Positions 1-10,605 of a stretch of DNA of 64,000 nucleotides are shown in pieces. The stretch's first letter is position 1. Every line of letters begins with the position of its first letter. Location of the stretch: assembly GCA_002633005.1 (NCBI GenBank), contig NMRA01000406.1:4862-68861 (forward strand), in the 5' to 3' direction. Below the pieces are notes generated by a model. That model saw only the letters and a list, made by a program, of their open reading frames with translations. It was not told the DNA's origin and made no database searches. The translations under genes were made by a program, and so were the position numbers. Source of the stretch: Phoronis australis (taxonomy: Eukaryota > Animalia > Phoronida).

Positions 1-1986
1 CCGTAGATCAAAAAAGAAGTTCAAGTCATTGCTCATAAATTTGGAAAGATTGTCTTTGCACTTCCTTGATGCTTGTAGTTCCCAGTATTGTGCAATGAAT
101 TTAGGTTCTTCTAGACCGAATCGTTTGCTTGCCATTCCCGTGCACACTGCAAAGGCTGGACACGTTGTGACTCAGTGGCGCACCCACGTTAAAAATAAGG
201 TGTAGTCATGCAGTAGAATCCGCGCACAGTGATTGACGGGAAAAGAACTGGAACTGCACTGAGGGGTTGAAGTGTGTGCATTTTTTGGGACACGCGTTCA
301 TTTTCCCAGCCGCCCTGCAGAAGCTGGACCAGTGGCCGTGTTTCAACAAGGAATTTTGATACAGCTTTATAGGCCAAGGATTTCGGGATCATATCTTTCC
401 AAAAAATCTTCAGGAAATGACCATATTAAAATGAACTTTTCCCGAAACTGGGTCAAAAAACGACCTTGGAGCCAGAACACGGGTATAGACTCTATTCACG
501 CCGACAGGAGGCGAGTTCCAAAACGAGGCTCGCTACGATAGCTGTATTCCGCGTTGCTCGAACAGCTAGGAAAAATACGGACATTCAACTGCCTGTTTTA
601 CAATCTCCGACTAAGGACGCTGAGATACGGAAGCGACGAAAGAGAATATGTCCGTGTAAAGTTTATAAATGTTTTCGAAAAGTTAGATCATATTTGATAG
701 CATCTCGTTGCCGAGTAATGACGACTGGAAAATCTTCGGCCAGCTAGGCTTAGTGTGTTTTCATGATGCATTTTTCTTTCGTTCCAAAACGGACAGAGCT
801 CTCAATCCCTAGATTTTGGGACCGAATATCGACTCTATTCCCCTCTAAAAAAATATTAAAAAATCACGCAAAATTCCCCCACGAGACCTAAAAAAGTGAT
901 TGGAAATTTCTCTTTGAAGTTCAAATCATCTGGAGTGAACCATGCACACAGGTGACAATTTGACGGAAAGACCACAAAATGCTATTTAGACATAGCCCAT
1001 GAGAGCTTACAACATGGCGGGGGGCTTATTGATGGTGATCGGGAGCTAGATTTTTCCCGTCACTCGGCGAAAAAAATCCCCCTCTTGAAGGCACACCAGG
1101 CATCTTTCCCCTCCGTCGCCGGGATGAACGAACAAGGCCCCTGAAGAAACATGATAACTATGTTCGCTCTGACCAGTTAACTGAAATTGAGCTCTAAAAC
1201 GAGGTTATGCTTTAGACGAACGAATTAGGTACGTGTTTTAATTTTAAAATTCAACTTGGTACAGATTGATATTTGAATCCTAACACATGCAATAGACGTA
1301 GGAATTATTAAAACCAAGAAAGCAGAATTGATGGTCAAATAATTTTTATTTTCAATTACGAGCCAGTTTTTATTATTTTAATAAAAATATATTTAATAAC
1401 ATCAATTATTCTTTCAGATCCGATGACAAATCAATTGTTAGTCCCGGTAATCCCTACCTCACCAGGACCTAGCTAGGCTATCTAGTGATGCGTGATGTTA
1501 ATATTCTTGATTAACAAATTAAACCAGATGTACATGACAGCAAAATGCTGTCGAATATTTCATCAACTCGTCATCAATAAGAGCAGACGAATTGGTTCGT
1601 GTAGAAATTAGCATTTTTATCAACAATTTACAAGAAGAAACGTAACCCTGCATTCAGCATAATAACTAGCCGTAACACGTCGATCGCCGCAATTTGGTCT
1701 ATTTACTTTTCATGTTTTGAACCTAGTTTTCCAAAAAAAGCTTATACCCTTTCGCCAGACAACTCTTTGGTGCATTGACTTGTTCTCTAATGTATTTCTT
1801 TACGTCTCTGTGGTTAATTTTTGACACATTTTTAAGATTTGATATCCAGGTTGGACTCGAAAGACCGGCCATTTAACTCACGCAATGTCAAGTTCGGCTT
1901 TGTTTATCGCAGTGAGCCTCGCTTTGGATTTTAATGTCTGCCGCGTGAATAGAGTCTATAGGTTCGAGTTAAGCCACACGTCTCAA

Positions 1987-2197
1987 ATGAATCATAGCGG
2001 AGCTGACCAGCGACTAGCATTAGCTCGTCGAATTGCGCATGAATCATAGCAGAGCTGACCAGCGACTAGCATTAGTTCGTCGACTTGCGCATGAATCATA
2101 GCAGAGCTGACCAGCGATTAGCATTAGTTCGTCGAATTGCGCATGAATCATAGCAGAGCTGACCAGCGACTAGCATTAGTTCGTCAAATTGCGCATG
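1987..2197. repeat. Tandem repeat, 4 x 52 bp
   Basis: Unit atgaatcatagcagagctgaccagcgactagcattagttcgtcgaattgcgc at 1987, 2039, 2091, 2143; copies near-identical. Confidence 0.95.
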
Positions 2198-3828
2198 CAT
2201 GGATCAGACTTCCCGGTGACGCCACAACACCGGCCACCGTGGCGGGAGCAGCTAATTTCTTGACTAACACCTGCTTCTAAATCTGGATTTAAGCAAAATG
2301 ACGAAGTCCACGCATACACACATGCAAACGTATCCAAATACAATTAAATGTATTTTCATGTGAAACAATTCAATGTCCTTTGAACATTGACTTGCATGAT
2401 GAGTTCTTCATTTTCTTAGATCTGCCCAGTCAGATAGAACTGCGTTTCAAGTCATTCACTATAAGGCACTCGAGGGTTCAAATTGGAAGCTCGCGCCGTA
2501 TGACGTTGTATGACGTAGACGATGCGAGCCTTATTTGCATATATTAGTGACATCTGTTGGTTCAAAAAAGAGGATCGTGCCCGAGTACATGCCTGGGAAG
2601 AGGCATCTTTTGGAAGGGTAAAACAAGTCATGTTCAAAGCATCCCAGTGCCATTAATATGAAGTCTTTGGGGACAAAAGTGGTGTCATTTTATAGCTAAA
2701 GAGTTAAGCTTTCAAACACAATGCTTGGATTCCAGACTACTTTAACATTTACTTTTGAAATCACCTTTGAAAATACGTTAAAATGCGCTAAAACAGTTGT
2801 CCCTTCCTGGTTATCTCTTCCTGGTAGCAGCCATATAAAACAACTCATTTGTTTAAAAACTCAATGTATTTGTAAGGGTTTTACATCGAATTTTGATGAT
2901 TTATTGGTGTAAAACGATGAATTTAAGCGATGAGCTGACACCAGTAAGCGGCTTGTGAACTGCTGAACAGACTGTGTTAGACCCTGTGATGTCATTGGTT
3001 AATTTCATCACCTCAATAAAAGGTTTTAATTACCATTCTGAAATAAGGGCTGTGCGCAAACTGAGTAAGCTCCTACTCGGCTGCACTTGCCGAAAACACC
3101 GATTAGGGAAGTTCGAGTTCGTACGGCCTGAAACACGCAGTCTGCCGATATGGCGAGGTGTAACTCATTAACTGATTCACCTGGCCTGAGTGTCATCTTC
3201 ACCCCCATCTCCATACCTGTCTACATAACACTCGTCAAGCTTGCTCCTTAAGTCGTCGTAACTTACAAATTCACTACTATCCATCTTTGCATATAATTTT
3301 ATACTGTCAACTGTTCAACGTTTCGACTGATGACATCACTGATGCTTTTGAAATCTGTGAATTTTCAACTGAATGAGCAATTCACGATGGTGTTTTCAGC
3401 ACAAAAACCTAATAATTGTACACCGTTGCTTTTTATAAAAGCGTTTATCAAAATGTATCGCAGTTAAATCTTCAACAGTTACAAAGTTGCCAATTGAACA
3501 TGTCTTTCAGCTCAGCAAAAGTGGCCATGTAGTCAGTGCCGGAAATTGACCTACCGCCAGGATTACGACTGACGGCTTAACTGGCAAATCAGAAGGCAGC
3601 ATTCCTGACACACCTTCGTCTGCGTTTCCAAGCCGTATTTTAACCCGAAAAACAATACGTTGCCGTGTAAAACTTATTTCAGTCTATAGCTCGAGAAATT
3701 GCGTGACAAGAATGGTGATAGGTATTGATATAGCGTGTGTAATTCTGACAGCCGTCATGCAGCTCGGGAAAAATTTCCCGTCATTTTTGGGCATCTCCTA
3801 AGCCGAAAAGTGATGTCGAAAGGTTTAA

Positions 3829-4792
3829 AGTGTACGCAACATGACTCTAGTTCCTCAAAATAAATTTTATTATTATATCTTACTTGATTTCAGTGCCTTT
3901 AGTCCACAGCTCATAAAGAAACACGTAAAAATTGAAAAAACTAATAATTATGTACAACGTCATGGGTTGAACCCAAGTCGTTCGGCACACTGTTCGGATC
4001 AGCAACTAAGTGTATAGAGTGAAGTGAACGTAAAGTATATTTCGCGTCGAGAAGGTTCGTAGAGGGATGAAAAGATGTGTTTGCGGAGGCTGCAGCAACA
4101 GCAGTCAGACGGAGAACGTCTCGGTGTTCCGAAGGACGCCAAAGTTGCGCAGTAGTGGCATCGCTTCGTGCGCCGAACGAAAGTGTGGGACCTCAGCGTG
4201 GACCAAGCGATTCTGTCCGGGGCCACTCTGTGTTCTGCCCACTTTGATGAGTTGTGTTTCGACTCCAATCAGAGGAGATGTTACGATGAAGGCCTGGTTC
4301 AATAAAGGACAATATTTACTATTCAGAAACATCGGCTCTTTATTCAGGATCGTCTGTTGGATGACTGGGTTGACTGGCCGAGCCCGAGGCCGCTTCTCTC
4401 GCGGGAGGATCCAGTTCGTAAGGCCTCAAAGTAGAAAAGTACGCAGCTGAAAACATATCAAACTCGTTCTCGCTTTCGTGCAACCCTATTTCGTCATCCT
4501 GGCCACCATTCTCGTACGTTTCTTCATAGTATTTGTTCATTTCTTGCTCATAATCGTTGTCGCTTTCAAATTCCCTACTCTCCGCCGTTGTTCAATGCTA
4601 GTCGCTGATCTCTTGTGTTCAACCCATGATGTCACATGGCGGGAAATGTGAAAATTGGCAAAATTGAAAGAGAAATCAAAATTTCGAGCTAATGACACAA
4701 AATAATCATGGATTTGGCTAAATTTTACGTCATACATTTAGTCTGTGGCCACCGGTAATTCGAAATGTGCAAAAATCCATGGTGTGTACTGT
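3829..4792 (+). mobile_element. Internally deleted Kolobok-like DNA transposon: THAP pseudogene (+) and convergent KolX-like fragment (-)
   Basis: TTAA at 3825-28 and 4793-96; imperfect TIR agtgtacgcaacatg / catggtgtgtactgt; coding relics on both strands. Confidence 0.72.
4067..4300 (+). pseudogene. Disrupted THAP zinc-finger coding sequence
   Basis: MKRCVCGGCSN...VSV, frameshift, then PKDAKVAQ*WHRFVRRTK...TLCSAHFDELCF. This is the THAP C2CH signature with P, W, F, broken by a frameshift and a stop. Confidence 0.82.
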
Positions 4793-6092
4793 TTAAAATA
4801 TGTGTCAAACTGTGCGATCGGCCACGTACACGAGCAGCTAAACTTGGTAATGTTGCTTGATTACTCGAAGGTTAAACACAAAGATATTTGTTCCAAGATA
4901 CACACTAGTTCAGTTTGGTGGCTATAGTGTAGGCTTTTCTGATTTTGACTCCGGAGTTTCACTCGTCTGGGTTGCCTTTGTCTCGGCACCTGCTGGATCT
5001 CAGCACTCAATATAGTCTAACGAATGTCCCTGTAAATTGTTTTTATGTTTTTACTACTTTTCAGTCATTTCTGCTTATAGACATCATTTTGTTTCGTTGC
5101 GGAGGTACATTTTTTGTCATTCACATACCCTTAAGCTGGCGTTCAACTGAGCTTTTTTCCCAAAATTGAGAAATTCCATCGACAAAGGGAGGAACACTGG
5201 ATTACTGAACTCAAAGCCTTGTTCGAGCTCTTGTCACAAAAAATAAACAGTTGAAACTCTTTTTGATGAGAACCTCTAGTATACACTTCGCCAGTAAAGT
5301 TACTACTTATCCGAGGTCATATTATTAAGGTTAAAGGGCTTTCAATCAAATCGAATCTCTCGCCAGTTACACAACAGCTTCGTATACCCTGGGTCCTTTC
5401 ATTCAAAAAATAGCCATAATACAGAGTAAACGAGGTGTACTTATCATCGAGATGTGTAGTTAATCGATTACTCCATGTGTCAATACACAGCGCTGTTTGG
5501 AGAAAACGTTCTTAGTATTTATTACAAAATGGCTGCCTCGGTTACAATGTTTTTGATTCTGATGGTTTTCTTAGTTCCTCTTCAGGCACATGCACGTCTT
5601 GCTGGGTGAATAAATCACAAAAGTGCAGCTGTTAATGCGTGAGCAAAACGCCAGGCACAACGATTCCGTACGGAAGTTACCATGTCCGCCAATTATCTTC
5701 AATTCCCCACTAACATTTTTAATGACTTGAGAAAGCGTAGAGGTCAACCGCGCGAAAACCCGAATGCCTAAAACAAAAAGAAATAATGATTAATAGTTTG
5801 ATTTTGCCATGCACGGGTTACAAAACAACACGTTGAGTAAACAGCATGTTTGGAATCCATCTTACTGCTGTAAACGTTTATTATTTCAATGTGTACCGAT
5901 ATAAGCGGAAAAAAATAAAGTTGTACGTTAGAACAGCCCATCATGTAAGGGGGAAGTTATACAATTCATTAACCCCGCCGGAATCCATTACATCACCAAG
6001 CGACTCAAGAAAGAGCTAATCAGACTTCATTCACAGGCGCTTGAGTTTATCTGTTCCTAGATCACGACTGACGTCACTCACTACCAAGAAAG

Positions 6093-7085
6093 CATAAAGG
6101 TTGGACACTCAAAATCTGTTTGCTCAGAATTTTCTACTCAAATGGGCATGGACCTCTACGGTATCTGCATCGAACAAATATTTGAATACCATCTTTCACT
6201 TGATCACTTCAAATTGCCTTCCAGTGCTGATTTGACGACAAAAATGACGAAGAAAGGCCAAAATTACAAATTCAAGGACCTTATTTCGTGACGCAAGACA
6301 TTCATGGCAGACGACTTTCGAGCACCCGGGTTTTTAACGGACGCTCCCGAAGCAACTTCGAAGCTCTGTTTTTGCGCTCCCACGAATGTTATTTGAGTGC
6401 CCTCTACATAATTTAGTATTGGTTTGAATGTATTTAAACTCTGATTATGCAAAACAACATTTTTATAGCCGTGGTACCACAGGTTGCAGGCTTGTAACGC
6501 AGGCCTACTGAGAAATCTGGCATTTAGCGATGGTGACTTACCGCGACTCAAACGTGTGGTCAGACATCGGAAATGTCCGCCAAAAACCGGGTGTTCGCTT
6601 TGCTTCAACAAAGAGAAGCACATATTGTCAAGATCAAACACAAGATACATTGGTTCTTGCAATTAAATTCTAGGGTAAGGGTTAAAACGACCTATAAGAA
6701 GAAACAAATTACACTTAAGGAGAAGGTTAATTTTGATAATTTCAATCACTGAAATTGGGGATAAATTTCCTGACTTTAACATAGGGCTGCTTGCTCAAAC
6801 TCAACATTTTATATTCGAACGGCGTACAAATTAAAGCAGAACTGAAATCCGCCATGTTAGCTATTTTAGGTCCTTGAATTCAGAGTTTTGAGATTATTTT
6901 GAAAATTTCGCCGCAAATTCACCACTCACAGGGATAATTTAATGGGATCAAGTAAAGATAAGGCTTCGAAGGTTTATGCAATACCAGTCTGAGGGAGATG
7001 CACGCAGATTTTATTTTTATTTTGATTTGGGACAGTTGAAGTTGGGACCCTCGGCTCGGCAAAGTTTTAGTGTCCAACCTTTATG
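6093..7085. mobile_element. Non-autonomous TIR element, ~1 kb
   Basis: 17-bp perfect inverted termini cataaaggttggacact / agtgtccaacctttatg; TSD ambiguous (possibly TA). Confidence 0.7.
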
Positions 7086-7730
7086 TTTCTTATATATGGT
7101 TATGATTCATCGGGAAATTCGAGCGCCTGTGACTTCATAGGGGTTAGTCATCTTTCATCTTTAAAACTGCGAATTCGAAAAATGTCGCACGTGCGTATTG
7201 CGTGTCGTCTCAGTTGGTAACAGAAGTAGAATCCTATTGTAAAAATGTTATGAGACCGATTTTATGAGAGTAAAATTCCTACTATTTGATTTTTGCCGGT
7301 TTTTAGGTAAATTATTAGTCAGTTATAGGCATGTCACGTGTCTAGATAAATAGGGCGAAATGCAGTTGGAAAGACACGGCAGTACAAAATTGTGCTCTCT
7401 ATGCTTTTGTGACATTTTGAGATTTCATCGTTTTTCATCACTTCACTTTAGTTTTCAGGATTTTATTATGCCAGATACTCCAAATCATGTGGAAAACAGA
7501 AAAATATCCATTTATTGTCAAGTACCTCACTATACCTGAGAAACATTTCATCAATACGTTCCTCAAAATTACCAAAATTTATGTGGCCGTGCAGACTCGA
7601 TGCCTAGGCTGATCAAAACGAGTCATATCTTGTTTTGAAGGAAATTGTGCCCTCCCTCTGTTGGTTGTTGTCATTCACATAAGTATATCTTAGTGTATAT
7701 TCGGCTGAAAAATATTTTTTAGATCTTACC

Positions 7731-7750
7731 TTATGCATTTATATTGGCTG
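7731..7750 (-). CDS. Candidate terminal coding exon of the lectin (AANINA*)
   Basis: ttttcag|CA GCC AAT ATA AAT GCA TAA G|gtaaga; phase 1 fits exon 4; no homology support. Confidence 0.4.
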
Positions 7751-7920
7751 CTGAAAAGTTACGGACGATAAGAAGGACAAGGCAAGTTCTGATAAATCAT
7801 AGGCGGATTTAGGGGGGGCAGGGGGCCCGCCCCCCCCCCCTCCTTGGCTGCCGCAAAAAAACAGTAAGAGCGTAGGGAAATGTTGAGTTTACGAATTAAC
7901 CCCGGTAATTAAAATTATAC

Positions 7921-8884
7921 CCCGGTGTCTAGTTCCTGCGAAATTTGGCTTGCCTGTTGATGTACAGATCCATACCTTTTGTGACGCTTCGCAGGTGGCA
8001 TATGGAGCAGTGTCGTTTCTGAGGCTGTTGTGTTTCCGAGGGTTTGTTGAAACTAGTTTTTTGATTACTAAGTATCGCTTGGCTCCTGTGAAACTCATGA
8101 CGATTCCGAGATTGGAGTTGTGCTCAGTTGTGGTCGCTGTGAAGGCATCCTCACGACAGCAAATGATTGGATACTTAACATCCACTTAGATAGGTAGGCA
8201 AGCATGGTTACCGAGACATATAGTACAGTCAGACAAGGCTCCGTCCAGGAATGGTATTGCAGTCGGACACAACAAGACGGGTGATGGTGATAGAACTAGC
8301 ACTACCAAGGGAGATCAGAATAGAAGAGGCTCACTGGCGACCTCAGACAGCAGTGTGTTTCAAAGGCAGTGCTGTAGTGGTGTGTAGGCGCACGTAGGCG
8401 CAGCCAACCACCTTTTGGCGTTTGAACGTAGCGCCTACGCACCGTAAGTTCAGTGTTCAAGGTGATGGGGATACGCTGGGCTTTGGGCGCCTACTTACCT
8501 TTGATTTTACCACTACAGCACTGTTCAAAGGGTAGGAAATGTTGAGTTTTCACAGTAACGATTGGCTGTAGAGGGTTTCCAGCACGATCAGTTATTCATT
8601 TGGCACAGAGGTTGGGAGTAATGATGAAGAGGAGGAAGACATTAATATTCAAAGCAGCAGATGAAACGGAGAAGGATGAAATACCAGAAGCAACTGCAAC
8701 AATGCCAGCAGATGAACGCACCGCTAGGCAGAGATTGGTCACAGAAACTCTGCTGATGATAGCGGTGGGAGCGCACAACGTTTTAAGTTCATTGAATTAT
8801 CAACCGTGATACATTCACCAAATAAATGTTCCAATCGCACCATCTCACAACGCGACAGAAAAGTTTATCGGCTGTTACTCAACG
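7921..8884 (+). mobile_element. BEL/Pao LTR retrotransposon 3' remnant: RNase H-like (peptidase A17) fragment, PPT, and 3' LTR at ~8540-8884
   Basis: HTFCDASQVAYGAVSFLR...LAPVKLMTIPRLELCS at 7950-8140. Purine tract aaagggtaggaaa, then TGTTGAG at 8540, AATAAA at 8821, and CTCAAC at 8878-83 as the inverted LTR end. Confidence 0.85.
8367..8523. mobile_element. hAT-type MITE with 8-bp TSD, nested in the Pao remnant
   Basis: TIR cagtgctgtagtgg / ccactacagcactg; TSD TTCAAAGG on both sides. Confidence 0.92.
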
Positions 8885-8928
8885 TCACAGCAAAGAACCA
8901 CGGGCACGATGCAGCCGTAACTACATGT

Positions 8929-9924
8929 CATAGGCGGATTTAGGGGGGGCCAGGGGGCCCTGCCCCCCCCCCCCCCTTGGCTGCCGCAAAAAATAAAACA
9001 GTAATAGCGTAGGGGAATTGTGAGTTTATTAATTAACCCCGGTAATTAAAATTATACGGATGAAAAAAGATTTAAATGTGTGCAGTTTTAGTGTTTGGGG
9101 GGAGGGGCTCAAACCCAATTTCAAGTGTCAAATTCGGAACACGGCGCATTCGTTACGGAACTATGGCTAAGTATAGGCTCTCCCGCGATATCCCAGGCGA
9201 CCAGCAGTGGCGCTGCGCACTACGACTCCGTTTTCTTCGTCTGCTCCACTGTGCAATGAAGAAAATTTACTTCAGAGTATGGAACCTGAGTGACGATGAA
9301 AAAACAGAAGCTGCTGGTAAGATGTGAATTTTAATCGAAGCCTTAGTGAATCGCTCAGAAACTCGCAATACTCTCTTTGTCAAACCTTATCTTAATACGA
9401 TTTCCAAAGCAATCCCGTCATTATTCATGCCAACACGAAAAACGGATTTGGTCTTTTGGGCATTTGAAGACTATTTTAAATAAGACAAATTTGTTAAGAA
9501 TTGATGGCACAAAATATAAAACGTATAGCATTACGAAAAGAAGTAGGTTTCGCGTGCAAACGCTGTAAACCATAAAGAAGTAGGTATTTTAGTATTATTT
9601 TAGTATGAGATGAGTAGTTGAATCGTCGTGGTGTAGTGGTAACGCACGCACTCTCCATGCGCTAGGTCGTGAGTTTGAGTCTTTGGTGCGTTCAATTTTT
9701 CCTGTTTGACACGTTCTTCGTGTTTTTTTTTTTCCTTTTTTTTCTTGGAAAATACTTCAGGAATCAAGGAAAATGCTTGATATTTAGAGGTAAAAACAGA
9801 AAAATTTCCTGACCTCCCCCCATTCGGTGCTATGCGCATCTACAATCGTGGTTCAGTTTGCGCAAATGCTAACAGCCGGACAAAAAGTTGGCCCCCCCCT
9901 TGTGATATCCTAGATCCGCCACTG
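8929..9924. mobile_element. CA-ended non-autonomous TIR element with 5-bp TSD (hAT5-like)
   Basis: cataggcggatttag...ctagatccgccactg; TSD CATGT; a truncated copy of the left ~120 bp lies at 7798-7920. Confidence 0.85.
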
Positions 9925-10280
9925 CATGTCGTAAGCTTCCAAGTCCCTTCCAGTCTTTACTAAATGAACACAAATATAATACTTTTTGCATGTCAATTTC
10001 ACCTTGTCATTAACCGACATTTAGAGTAGCGAATCTTCCAAACGGGGACGTTTGACCTCAACCGCACACGAATTGAAGTCACATGTTTATTTAATTTAAT
10101 TTTTTAATTTCTTGCGTCTTACATTTATTTTTTATACAGGAGCATGAAGCAATTTGTTAGCGTGGTCGTTTGACAAGAGAACAAGAACAAACTCAGTATT
10201 GTAGTTCACACTGTCTTGTAAATTAGATGCCATTTTGCACACACGACTGAATACTACAGAAACACGCACGTGTACTTTAC

Positions 10281-10403
10281 CTGATATTTTACACACAAGA
10301 CTGCAAACACTCGAACAGCGGACGTCATTCCAGCCCGAATTACTTGTTAACGCTGAACAATCCTCACTATTTCCATAATTGTTTGGTTCACCGTTCTGCC
10401 AAT
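10281..10403 (-). CDS. C-type lectin exon 4 (EPN, WND)
   Basis: acacag|AT...G|gtaaag, 123 nt; [16 protein letters not shown]...WNDVRC. Confidence 0.92.
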
Positions 10404-10561
10404 CTGTGTGTACATGGTAATATCAATGATTAGTTGTCAATTTGAGACCAAAACGCATTCACACAGTATTAGAAGTGTGCAGTTGACAGTGCGGGATGGT
10501 ACACACACACACACGCACTCGCGCTCACGCACGCACGCATACACACACACACACACGCACG

Positions 10562-10605
<44 letters not shown>

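Noticed and set aside
1987-2197. CRISPR-like array
   Set aside because: Units are head-to-tail with no unique spacers, the context is eukaryotic, and there are no cas genes.
2200-2660. Possible fourth Kolobok-like relic (FQFEP on -, ...cccagtgccattaa end)
   Set aside because: A single short motif, with no matching opposite terminus or clear THAP signature.
6264-6662. 132-aa ORF as a transposase
   Set aside because: It lies inside a TIR element but shows no recognisable motif.
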